A stretch of DNA of 64,000 bases, taken from NCBI GenBank assembly GCA_964636295.1, contig CAZWQY010000001.1, forward strand, positions 16,092-80,091. Direction: 5' to 3'. This stretch comes from an uncultured Lentisphaeraceae bacterium (lineage in GTDB: Bacteria > Verrucomicrobiota > Kiritimatiellia > RFP12 > UBA1067). This document shows positions 51,701 through 60,195 of this stretch, piece after piece. The notes beneath the pieces are model-generated. The model worked only from the letters and a program-made list of their open reading frames with translations, ran no database searches and was not told the origin of the DNA. Positions within the stretch are counted from its first letter, which is position 1. Every line of letters starts with the position of its first letter. Position numbers and translations under genes: made by a program.

Positions 51701-54700
51701 GCGCGCGGTTGCGCCCGACGATGTTCCGCGAGAAGACGACGGACGGCTGGTAGTCGGCGTTCTCCACCGCGTCGCCGACGCCGTAGCCGGCCGGCAGGTC
51801 GGCGCCGAGCGTCAGCACGACTTCCCACGGATCCACGTCCTCAACCGACGCGATGGGAAGCGTCGGCCCGTTCTCAAGCGTCTTGCCACGAATGAGCCGC
51901 AGCGACTCGCCCTTCTCGAACACGCCGAACCCGTAGGCCTGGCGGTGCTTGTAGCGGCAGCGGATGCGCCGCGCGTCCAGCTTCTCGGTGATGCCGAGGC
52001 AGGTCGAGTGGACGTTGATCGCGTCGTCCATCATGCCCTCGAAGAGGCAGTCCTCGATGCGCACCTCGCCCTTGACGTTCGAGAAGTGCGTCGCGTCGGC
52101 GTGAAGCGTCGCGAAGCGATCCGTCCCGGCGGGCGCGAACACGCCCGACGTGCGCGTCGCGGCCGGGCGCGTGCCGCGCCAGGTGAAGCCGTCGCTCCGC
52201 TGGCAGATGACGCCCATGCCGAACGCCGAGTGAAGCACGACGTCCTCGTAGACCGTCCCGCGCGAACGGTAGACGATCGTCGCCGGCGCGGGGCGTCCGT
52301 TCGGACGGACGATGATCCAGTCGCCCAGGCGGAGGCCAAGGCTCTTGGCATCACGAGGGGCTTCGTCTGGACGAAGCCCCAAGCTCTTTGGATCACACGC
52401 GAGACGAAACGTCCCCTTGTCGTCAAGTGCCGTCGCCCGACCTCGCCACCAGGGGTCTGTCGTGCCCGGCACGACCGCCCTCGTCTCGTCCCGGTACGCC
52501 ATCATGCACTCGTAGGGCAGCTGCCAGCCCTCGCCGCAGATGACGAGCCGGTCGTCCTTGACCGCGCACGGCTCGCGCGTCATGTTCACCGCAATGTCCG
52601 TCGTCGTGTCCGTGATCCCGACGACCCGCGCCGCCGTGAGGAAGGGACGCGCCCAGTCGACGCTCACGCCCTTCACCGTGACGTTCGTGGAGTCGAGGAT
52701 GGCCATCGCCATCGTCAGCCCGTGGCAGATGAACTTCGCCCCGTTGCCCTCGACCGTCACGTCCGTGAGGTTCGCGAGCGGCACGTGAACGGGATGGCTG
52801 TCGCTCTGGTGGTGGTTGGAGATGAAGAACTTCATCTGCGTCGCCGTCTCCGCGCGGAAGTGGTAGTCGCCCTTTTCCAGCACGATCTTCCCGCCGCCCG
52901 CGCGGCGCACCGCCTCGATCGCGGCGAGCATCTCGCCCGTCGCGTCGTCCGACGTCGGCTTGACCCGCACCTCGACGGGCGTCGGCTTCACCGCGCCGCC
53001 GAGCGCGACGAGCATGTACGGCTCGATCGTCAGCGTGTCGCCGGTCAGCGTCTCGCCCGTCACGAGGTTCTGCAGCCCCTTGAAGCGGGCGGACGTCACC
53101 GTGCGCGGCTTGTCGCCCGTGTTGACGACATAGGCGTAGTAGCGGCCGTTGACCGTCGTCTCGCGCATCTTCACGATCTCGTCCCCGACGCCGGGCACGT
53201 CAGCCATCACCTTCGCGGGTAGGGCGCGGTACGCCTGCACGAACGGGGCGAGCGCGTTCTCCGCGCCGTAGAAGCCGAGAAGGTAGCCGCCCTTCACCAT
53301 CGAGAGGATGTCCATGAAGCGCATCGGCTCGACGAAGTGCCGCCGCGCGTAGATTCCCGGCGGGTTCATCGTCGTCACGCGCCACCCCGGCTCGTCGCTC
53401 CACGAACAGGTCAGCCCGGCGGGCGTGCCGCGCGTGTTGTGGCCGACGGCCGTCTCGAAGTAGCGGTCATGCTGGCCGACGGACGGGAACGTCGCCCCCT
53501 TGAGAAGCGCGTAGGTCGACGCCACGGAAACGAACTCCTCCTGCCGCCGCGCAAGTTCCGGGAACGGCTCGCGCGTCCACGTGAACCAGCGGTGGTCGGC
53601 CGGCACGACGCTCTGGTTGAGCACGAGGTTCGGCACCGCCTTCGCGAGCGCCTCCGGGTCAAGCCCGCCCTCGCGGTTGCGGCGCAGGACGAGATCCGGA
53701 TCGCGCCAGCCGGGGCAGCCGTTGTTGGCCGAAAGCCCGGACGTCGTGAACGAGTGGACGTAGAGCTTCAGGTCAGGACGCGCCGCCCGGAGACGCGCGC
53801 CGAGCTTCGCGTAGAACGCCGTGACGACGCGCTGCCGCCACGCCACCCACTGGTCGTAGGCGTGTTCCTTGAGGTACTTCGCGTACAGCTTGCCGCGCAG
53901 CGGGTCGGTGCGGTCAACCGGCACCTCCACGCCCGTCATGCGCGTGAACGCGTCGATGCAGTAGTCGTTGTAGCCGCTCGCGAGCGTGCCCCACCAGCCG
54001 ATCGAGTGGTCGGTCAGGTGAAGGCCGATGCCCTTGAAGGACGGATGCCCCTTGCCCTCTTCGAGCAGCGCGTCGAACATGGCGAGGAACTGCCGCCGCG
54101 TCTCGGGATGGAGAAGGTTGAAGTTCGGCGGCGTCCCGTGCCACCCGGTGTTCGGAAGCCCCGTGTCAAGGATGTTGAAGAACGTCTTGTGGAGCGCGCC
54201 CGACTGCACGGCCTCGGCGGTCAGCATCCCCTCCGGGATGTCGAGGTTGTGCACGCCCATCATCGGCACGAACGAGAGCCCTTCGCGGTCAAACCGCTCG
54301 TACCACGCGAGACGGTGGTCGCGCGCCGGCGTGCGCGGCATGTAGTCCTTGCCGATCAGCCCGTGATACCACGCGCCGGGATACATGAGAATGTTCTGCC
54401 CCAGGAACTTCATCTGCGCGGCGAAACGCGCGGTGAGGGAGTCCATCGCCCCGGTCTGCCACCAGTCGGACGGCATCGACCACACGATCGCCGGATCTTC
54501 GTAGTAGATGCCGAACGTGCGGTGCGCACCGTCCACCGCCGGGGCCTCGGAAATCGCGAGCTGCGGCAGCTTGCCGTCCTTGAGCGCGTACACGCGCACC
54601 GCCGCAAGGGCGGCGTTCTCGTTCGGACGCGAGGTCATCACGTAGACGATGGCGTTCGTCGCGTGCGGATTCCACTGAAGGCAGCGGTGCGTCAGGATCT

Positions 54701-56360
54701 TGCCCGTGTTCGCGTACTTCATGCCGGTCGTGATGCCGACGTTCACCGGAGACCCCTGCCAGCGCTCCCCCGCCACCCGCACGATGATGTCGATCGTCCG
54801 CACGGCATCGTCGGGATAGTCGAGTTCGAGATAGCAGAGGTCGCTCTTCGGAATCGGCACGTTGATCGCAAAGCGGTCATGCTCCTTGGGACCCGCCTCG
54901 AAGTACTTGACGCCATTCAGTTCCTTGACCGTAATCGGCGCCGTGGTGCGGAAGTTGCCCTCGTTGAACTTCTCCAGGCTGTCGAGCTTCACCTCCGCGA
55001 AGAGCGTGCCGTGCGCCTTCCAGTCTCCGTCGCCCGGCACGGTCTCGACCGTCCCTTCCCAGCGGTTCGGTTCCGTGCCGAAAAGCTTGGCGTAGTCAAC
55101 AGGCTCCGTCTTCGGAGGCGTCCAGCCAGGATTGTCCGCACGGATGAGCGCACGGATCGCCGCCGCGTCAAGCGGCGCGGAGAACGTGCGCAGCTCGTCC
55201 ATCTGCGCCAACAGGCGCCCCTTCGGCTTGCCGTCCGGCCCCAGTTCGCCGCCGACGACGAGGCGCTCGAACGGGAGCGGCGTGTAGTCGTAGAGATCGT
55301 CCTGGCAGACCTCTCGGATCGGCGAATAGCCGTCGCCCATCTGGTTCTTCTGCCGCTCGCCGTCCACGTAGATGCGCACGTCGCGCCGGTCCCACGTGAT
55401 CGCGTAGTGATGCCAGCCGTCGTCGTCCGGCCCGGTCGCCAGCACGGTGCGCGCCCGGTCGTTCTCCTGGCTGAAGCGGATCATCGTGCGGTCAAACGAG
55501 AACGTGACGGCGCCGGACGCGCTGCGGTCGACGCGCTGCCCGTCCAGCGAGAGAACCTTGCCGAAGTCATCGCGCGCGGGACGCTTCAGCCAGCAGGCGA
55601 TCGTGCCCGAACGAAGCGTCAGGTTCGTCGCGAACGGAAAGGTCTTCGCCGAAGTCTTGGTGAAATCGACGCACCCCCCGCGCACGCCGCCGGGCGTCTC
55701 GTCGAACGCCGCGTGCAGAAGCGGCTGTGGCGGAACGGGCGCGGCCGGCGCGGCGGCCCTGACCGCGTCCGCCCGCTCCACGGCGACCGTGCGCAGCACG
55801 AAATCGCCCGTGCCGGGCGCGCTGAGGTCAAGGCGCGGATGAAGTGCCGTCAGGCCCTCCGCCATCGTCGCCGTCAGCGTCGCGCACCGCCCGTTCTCGC
55901 GCACGGCAATCGCGGGACGCGAAACGTAGGAGTGGCGGGGCGGCGTGCCCGCCGCGCCCTCAAGGTACATCACCAGACGCGCGCGCGGCGAGCCGACGGC
56001 ATCAACCGACAGACGAAGCCGCTGCGCAGCCAGGGCCTTGGCATCCGCGATGTTCGGCCCGACCATCACGATCTTCGCAACGTCGCCCTGCGCAAACGCC
56101 GCGCTCGCCGCAATCCGAAGCCCCTCGTCCGAGGGCGTCACCGTGACGGCCGCAAGCGACTTCCGCCCGCCTTCGGGCGTGAGCGTCAAGAGCCGCCCAC
56201 CCCGCGCGTCCGTGACGACAATCGCGCCCGACGCCTCGCGCCGCACCTTCGCGTCCGCCCAGCCGCCCTGCGGCAACTGGAGCAACGCCCCTTCCAGACA
56301 CAGGCAACCCGCCGCCATTACAGCCGCCAACGCCAGTCGCACCTTCATCATCACTTTCAT
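48747..56360 (-). CDS. giant secreted multi-module glycan-active protein (LamG + TIM-barrel-like region + GH110-like beta-helix + further glycosidase-like module with a galactose-binding-like C-terminus)
   Basis: 2537 aa with signal peptide MKVMMKVRLALAAVMAAG. The LamG-like region reads GTIACWLKRP...WHHYAITWDRRDVRIYVDGE. The beta-helix block reads KGDYHFRAE..FFISNHHQSD..VTVEGNGAKFICHGLTMAMAILDSTNVTVKGVSVDWARPF. A later module reads GGVDGFVIYARDG..YMGEEWLHLIE..AEKRNLKVWLYDEFAFPSG. Confidence 0.8.
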   Translation of the reverse strand: MKVMMKVRLALAAVMAAGCLCLEGALLQLPQGGWADAKVRREASGAIVVTDARGGRLLTLTPEGGRKSLAAVTVTPSDEGLRIAASAAFAQGDVAKIVMVGPNIADAKALAAQRLRLSVDAVGSPRARLVMYLEGAAGTPPRHSYVSRPAIAVRENGRCATLTATMAEGLTALHPRLDLSAPGTGDFVLRTVAVERADAVRAAAPAAPVPPQPLLHAAFDETPGGVRGGCVDFTKTSAKTFPFATNLTLRSGTIACWLKRPARDDFGKVLSLDGQRVDRSASGAVTFSFDRTMIRFSQENDRARTVLATGPDDDGWHHYAITWDRRDVRIYVDGERQKNQMGDGYSPIREVCQDDLYDYTPLPFERLVVGGELGPDGKPKGRLLAQMDELRTFSAPLDAAAIRALIRADNPGWTPPKTEPVDYAKLFGTEPNRWEGTVETVPGDGDWKAHGTLFAEVKLDSLEKFNEGNFRTTAPITVKELNGVKYFEAGPKEHDRFAINVPIPKSDLCYLELDYPDDAVRTIDIIVRVAGERWQGSPVNVGITTGMKYANTGKILTHRCLQWNPHATNAIVYVMTSRPNENAALAAVRVYALKDGKLPQLAISEAPAVDGAHRTFGIYYEDPAIVWSMPSDWWQTGAMDSLTARFAAQMKFLGQNILMYPGAWYHGLIGKDYMPRTPARDHRLAWYERFDREGLSFVPMMGVHNLDIPEGMLTAEAVQSGALHKTFFNILDTGLPNTGWHGTPPNFNLLHPETRRQFLAMFDALLEEGKGHPSFKGIGLHLTDHSIGWWGTLASGYNDYCIDAFTRMTGVEVPVDRTDPLRGKLYAKYLKEHAYDQWVAWRQRVVTAFYAKLGARLRAARPDLKLYVHSFTTSGLSANNGCPGWRDPDLVLRRNREGGLDPEALAKAVPNLVLNQSVVPADHRWFTWTREPFPELARRQEEFVSVASTYALLKGATFPSVGQHDRYFETAVGHNTRGTPAGLTCSWSDEPGWRVTTMNPPGIYARRHFVEPMRFMDILSMVKGGYLLGFYGAENALAPFVQAYRALPAKVMADVPGVGDEIVKMRETTVNGRYYAYVVNTGDKPRTVTSARFKGLQNLVTGETLTGDTLTIEPYMLVALGGAVKPTPVEVRVKPTSDDATGEMLAAIEAVRRAGGGKIVLEKGDYHFRAETATQMKFFISNHHQSDSHPVHVPLANLTDVTVEGNGAKFICHGLTMAMAILDSTNVTVKGVSVDWARPFLTAARVVGITDTTTDIAVNMTREPCAVKDDRLVICGEGWQLPYECMMAYRDETRAVVPGTTDPWWRGRATALDDKGTFRLACDPKSLGLRPDEAPRDAKSLGLRLGDWIIVRPNGRPAPATIVYRSRGTVYEDVVLHSAFGMGVICQRSDGFTWRGTRPAATRTSGVFAPAGTDRFATLHADATHFSNVKGEVRIEDCLFEGMMDDAINVHSTCLGITEKLDARRIRCRYKHRQAYGFGVFEKGESLRLIRGKTLENGPTLPIASVEDVDPWEVVLTLGADLPAGYGVGDAVENADYQPSVVFSRNIVGRNRARGALFTTPKSVRVTDNLFDHVSGSAILFAGDAQGWYESGACEDVVVSGNRFYDCLTSPFSFCKGVLSFYPMVRDLASQKKAYHRNIVVTNNVFDVHDVPLVFAISTESLDFRDNTIYQNNRYPGWKQGRFVFSHCSNMRVEDGNRYHTTAVGTRPSVCPRNGCYIFMAITGRPTDAELVARVDLLAQGGVDGFVIYARDGLRYEYMGEEWLHLIETLCAEAEKRNLKVWLYDEFAFPSGRCHGRVGRENEAFRYSEYYLTRTKDGAFDWYLKRGPEGSVNVYEPAAVERFIEMTHRVYARRLTRYLANGTILGIFTDEPGYPVWMPCSPEPLARIRYWSSLEADYRAETGRDFRADVEAFYRAGGTGDTRVWETYAALQGRQFRRAYFDPIARETEQMGIFSTGHLLDEEMPRRAVHLNGDPLKALAGLTLPGIDEVFSVANERDRCFHSKAPLELTTYAMIQHEALRLRRGAMAELFALGPAEMSPAHMRQLVWLGATHGVTHFLCSLDTLDMSGLYTRRIYLAPFATYQPWWEKYMPILADEMRTASAFALRTDYERPVAVRYPQRLAAASTRAKTVKEPDLMGFFHQFQLTQISTALVAEDEKTSAPFVFSINADTTLREEVSGQTFKDAAAAASWVRARISPALHLETADGTWADRLLLRNYADGTSVVLNLAADPRPRALVAVTKAGRRNVELAPRGVLKLRSDWKPSDETKPPRVVGQVAGDYALTLDRPVTRRIAFTTNGVARIVCAAGLGPVRFAILDRPDAAATVTLDGQPLTPVRAAEGLPRNYRVHYRETASVELSEGVHELRLVPGAADDNFLLPRVVLVGDFVDRDGTIAARVPHVPAQDLAALGLDGFAGEAVYTIEADIPAVEGAGDLELLLDTGDAFTEVKIGGRSLGRRVWAPYTWTVPRELAGTRQRLEIAVTASVSAFWGDIDAPDSAWKVKPPQSWWGIPPRDKSRRIGLRAAPVWRVVEPSAR

Positions 56361-56417
56361 CTTTTCTGTCGCTCTTTCGCGTGAGTTGTTCCCTTGATCC
56401 AGTCAAATTGGAGACGA

Positions 56418-56447
56418 ATAATATATTTTTTTTTCTCGGCCTGTCAA
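56418..56447 (-). promoter_or_regulatory. sigma70-type promoter TTGACA-N18-TATTAT with an A9 tract in the spacer, for the 2537-aa gene
   Basis: The minus strand reads CGCTTGACAGGCCGAGAAAAAAAAATATATTATTCGTC. The -10 box is about 57 nt upstream of the ATG at 56360. Confidence 0.6.
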
Positions 56448-56458
56448 GCGCGCCTGTT

Positions 56459-59400
56459 TCAGCGGTAGATCAGCACCATGCCGCGCCGGGGGACGTTAAT
56501 CTCGCCCGGACCGGAAAGGTACGCCGGGAACTGCGCGGCCGTAATCGTGCCGAAGCACCGCTTGCCGCCCAGCACGAGTCGGCGGACCGTCAGCGTTCCC
56601 GGGAAGTCAAGGGCAAGCGTCGCCCCTTCCTTGACCTCGATGACCGTCTGCTCGGAAAGAACCGGCGCGGCCGCCGTCGCCGTCTCGTCCACCTTGACGA
56701 GCGAGACGTCATCCAACTGCGACGATTTGTCCCTGCCATTCTCTTCCAGCGTCGCGATGCGCAGCGTGTAGTCGCCCGCCTGGCCAATCCGGAAGTCGCG
56801 CGTCCAGCGCACAATTTCTTGCGCGATGTCATCCTCCGGCTCAATCCGCAGGATCTCGACTTCGGCACCGTCCGAATCCGTCAACGTCACACGGAGTCCC
56901 GGCATGCTACCGCTCGTCGCGCGCGTACGCTCGTGCATCGTGAAGCGGTAGATGCCAGCCGAGGGTACGGTCACGGTTTGGCTAATGGCGGACGTGCCCA
57001 CCAACCGAGCATAGCCCGTCCCCTCAAAATACCCCCGCGCATAGTGCGTATCATACCACTGGCCGTGTTTGAGCCACTGTGCCTTCGAGTTCTCTGTGCC
57101 AACAGTCTGCTCCCAGACAGTCAGAACCTCGCCGCTGCCCGTCTCGAAATCGCCGTTGGACAAGAGATTGTGCACAGGCGCAGGAGACTTGACGAGAACA
57201 AGGTCATCGACGAGCGCGATGCGCTCATTGCCGCCCGACAGCGAGAAAGTAACGGTTTCGCCTTCTGCGACCGTAAAGCCAATCGGCCAACGGCGCACCT
57301 CCGGAATCTGCTTGCGACAAGTAACCGTGCCGAGGTCGACCGTGCCTTGCGCAGTTGTCACCGTGGCGGTAATGCAGGCCCCGTCCCACGTATCCCAGTC
57401 AAGTCCATAACCCGCGCCCTGATCCACCCTTCGCGCCGCGACTGTGCCGCGCAGATAATAGGTGCCGGCCGGAAGCGTGAGGGACGAACTCGTCGCGACG
57501 CCGCCCGCCCCCGCGAAGCAAAGCGCGGCTTCGCCGTAGTTCGGCCCAAAGCGCTGCCCGTCCATCCACGATTCACGATAGGGGCGGTTGCCGAAAATGA
57601 GACCCGCGCGCGGCGCACGAGGCGTCGCAGAAGGATTGTAGTCGCTCGGCTGCGTAAACGTCCACCCCTCGGCCATGTTATTCGTGGCGTCCGCGCGGGC
57701 GAAATAGCGGTACGAGGCACCCGTATACCTCTCGAAGTCACCGTTTGGCAATGGGATGAGGCGACTGTCGGGAAGATCGGAAAGGCACGTCATGTCGATG
57801 TCATCGATAACGAACCCCGTCTGCTTGGTCGCGCTAGTCGCGAAGCGGAGCGTCCAACCTTCCCCCGCCGTCAGGTACGGCGTCCGGAACCGCACGAGGC
57901 GGTACGTCCGGCCATCCTCATAGTCGAAGCGCGGCACGTAGGCGCGGCCGACCGTCGTCGTCGCACCATTGGGCGCGACAAGCGAGACATCGAGGCCGAG
58001 ATAGCTGTCGCCATCCGTCCAACCCGTCCCCGCCATCCAGAACGAGAGGTCGTAGAACCCGTCGGCGGGAATCGCCACCGTCGCCTCGGCCGCCGCCGAA
58101 ACCTGAAGGACGAGCTGGGCGTTGCCACTGTGGGGCGGCGGCACATTGTAGGCATCGTATTCGGATTCGCCCTGTGTGTCGCTCTTCTTGCCGGAGATGC
58201 CCGCCTGCCGGTTTGCCCCCTCTGGACCGATGGTCACCGTCCAACCTGCGCAGAGACTGCTATTCGTCGTGAGGTTGAGGTAGTCCCTGTTGGGCGGAAA
58301 CGTGACGTCCTCAAACCCGGCGTTTGCAAGGGCGACCTTCGCGCCCGCGTTCGGGTTAACGCCAAGTCCGACATCCGCCTTCGCCGGGGCCTTCAAAACG
58401 AGCCGTCCCGCGTCCACAGTCAGTCGCTCTGCCGCTGTCGGCAAATCCTGCAGCACGGCCTCGCCCGTCCCCTTCTTGACAACCGTCCCGGCCGTGCCGG
58501 ACGCCACCGTTACTTTGTTGCCTTGCCTGTTGGGTGTCGCCGTGATTTCGGCACCTGCCGGAACGTCGAGCGCGACGGGCGCGTTGACGTAAAGCCCGCC
58601 CTCGGACACCTGCACCTTGCCTTGGAACGTCCGCCCCTGTCCGTCGAACGAGTTGATGCGCGCGCGCGTCGCGTCCATGCCGCCCTGCGGGGTCGCCGGC
58701 TTGGGCGAGAGCGCGACGCCGCCGTTGAGCGACGGCACCACGTAGGCGTCGGACGCGCCCTGCTTGACCACCACCCCCTCGCCAAGAAGCTCGACGGCAT
58801 CGCCCGTCGTCTCGTCCACGCGCAGAAGCGTCTGCGCCGCCTCGGCACTTGCGGCAGACAGACCGCGCATCGACGTGTTGTCGAGATTCCACTTCTGGAG
58901 CAGATAGGCCTCCACCGCCAAACGCTCGCGGTCGGTCAGTGGTTCGGTGAAGACGACGACTTCGCACAAAAGGTCACCGCCGGCACGGTTGCCGGCGTTT
59001 GTATCACCCAGCCCCGTCTCGTTGGTGGCCTGATAGTTGCGGCAGTTGAAGAACGAATCCATCGACTTCGTTTTCAAGATACCCATGTCCATTTCAAGGA
59101 GCTGGCAACCTTTCGTAAAGCGTGTGTCGAGCATTTCGGCGATCTTGCCGTTCTGCCACACGCGCCCGTACTGCGTGACGTCCACCGCCGGCATCCACAT
59201 CCCGTTCGCCGTGTCGAACCCGCCACCCGTCGTAGAGCCGACAATCCAAGCCAGCTGGTTCGTGACGCCCGCGACGAGAAAGACGTGCGCGGCCTCGACC
59301 GCATTCGTGGAACCATCCGGCTTGCGCCAGACCATGTAGCGGCCCGACCCTGCGCCACCGAATCCAATCGCGTCGCGGCCCTCGTAGACCGTCTTCTCCG

Positions 59401-59941
59401 GCGAACGACTAATGAAGTAGCGATGGCTCGTCACCGCACGGGGATGGACGTCCGTTCCGTCCCGAACGTCACGGACGTCGCGCCAGGTGCCGACCTTGAC
59501 CGCGTCGTCGTCCTCGAACGTGAGACTGCCCGCATTCGAGGCGTCGAGCCACATGTTCGCACGGTTCAAAACGGCCGTCGGCTCGGAGACCGTCTCGACC
59601 CCCGACGTGAACGCATAGGTGAAAGAGCCTGCCCCAGCGACCATCTTCACCGTGGCGTTGTCGAGAATCCGGTTCGCGGGGAGAACATACGCGCCCTCGC
59701 CCTTCTTGACGAGAATTCCCGTCTCCGAAACCGCCCCGACGGATTCCGTCTCCGTCACGGTCGCGCCAGCCGCCACGTCGCGGACGGCAATCTTGTCGAG
59801 CGGCGCGCTCAGGTCAGCCGCCGCTTGGGCCGCCCCCGCCGCGACGACCACGCCACCGACCGCAAGGGCCAGCCGTCCCGCTGTAGTTCCAACCGCCTCA
59901 ACCACCGCACGAAACCTACAGTTTCTCATCAGATGCTCCAT
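56459..59941 (-). CDS. large secreted LamG / autotransporter-associated beta-strand repeat / triple CBM-like surface protein
   Basis: About 1160 aa from the ATG at 59941 (alternative at 59929). It has a hydrophobic signal (LALAVGGVVVAAGAAQAAA) and a LamG-like end (LCEVVVFTEPLTDRERLAVEAYLLQKWNL). PATR-like repeats (GEGVVVKQGASDAYVV, GTVVKKGTGEAVLQ) follow. Three modules open with NAGFED / NGDFER / NGDFET. Confidence 0.75.
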   Translation of the reverse strand: MEHLMRNCRFRAVVEAVGTTAGRLALAVGGVVVAAGAAQAAADLSAPLDKIAVRDVAAGATVTETESVGAVSETGILVKKGEGAYVLPANRILDNATVKMVAGAGSFTYAFTSGVETVSEPTAVLNRANMWLDASNAGSLTFEDDDAVKVGTWRDVRDVRDGTDVHPRAVTSHRYFISRSPEKTVYEGRDAIGFGGAGSGRYMVWRKPDGSTNAVEAAHVFLVAGVTNQLAWIVGSTTGGGFDTANGMWMPAVDVTQYGRVWQNGKIAEMLDTRFTKGCQLLEMDMGILKTKSMDSFFNCRNYQATNETGLGDTNAGNRAGGDLLCEVVVFTEPLTDRERLAVEAYLLQKWNLDNTSMRGLSAASAEAAQTLLRVDETTGDAVELLGEGVVVKQGASDAYVVPSLNGGVALSPKPATPQGGMDATRARINSFDGQGRTFQGKVQVSEGGLYVNAPVALDVPAGAEITATPNRQGNKVTVASGTAGTVVKKGTGEAVLQDLPTAAERLTVDAGRLVLKAPAKADVGLGVNPNAGAKVALANAGFEDVTFPPNRDYLNLTTNSSLCAGWTVTIGPEGANRQAGISGKKSDTQGESEYDAYNVPPPHSGNAQLVLQVSAAAEATVAIPADGFYDLSFWMAGTGWTDGDSYLGLDVSLVAPNGATTTVGRAYVPRFDYEDGRTYRLVRFRTPYLTAGEGWTLRFATSATKQTGFVIDDIDMTCLSDLPDSRLIPLPNGDFERYTGASYRYFARADATNNMAEGWTFTQPSDYNPSATPRAPRAGLIFGNRPYRESWMDGQRFGPNYGEAALCFAGAGGVATSSSLTLPAGTYYLRGTVAARRVDQGAGYGLDWDTWDGACITATVTTAQGTVDLGTVTCRKQIPEVRRWPIGFTVAEGETVTFSLSGGNERIALVDDLVLVKSPAPVHNLLSNGDFETGSGEVLTVWEQTVGTENSKAQWLKHGQWYDTHYARGYFEGTGYARLVGTSAISQTVTVPSAGIYRFTMHERTRATSGSMPGLRVTLTDSDGAEVEILRIEPEDDIAQEIVRWTRDFRIGQAGDYTLRIATLEENGRDKSSQLDDVSLVKVDETATAAAPVLSEQTVIEVKEGATLALDFPGTLTVRRLVLGGKRCFGTITAAQFPAYLSGPGEINVPRRGMVLIYR

Positions 59942-60029
59942 TTTCTTGTTGTTTTTGCCACGCTTTCGGGCCAATCGGCACGCCGTTCGACCCAGCCACG
60001 CAGTTTACCTTAAGACGACCTGACGAGTA

Positions 60030-60057
60030 ATTATATATTTTATTTTTTTTTTTTCAA
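60030..60057 (-). promoter_or_regulatory. sigma70-type promoter TTGAAA-N16-TATAAT with an A-tract spacer, for the 1160-aa gene
   Basis: The minus strand reads CACTTGAAAAAAAAAAAATAAAATATATAATTACTCGTC. It shares AAAATATAT(A)ATTAYTCGTC with the promoter at 56418-56447. Confidence 0.55.
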
Positions 60058-60195
60058 GTGGGCCGCCTCATTTTTTTGCCCTCGCAAAGGGAGGAAGACC
60101 ATGGGGATCGACGAAGAGGAAAGCCACGCCACCCACATGTTGGTGGGCGTTGCGGCGGGACGGAAAAGCCCACGGCATCGGGGAAATCGTGTATC

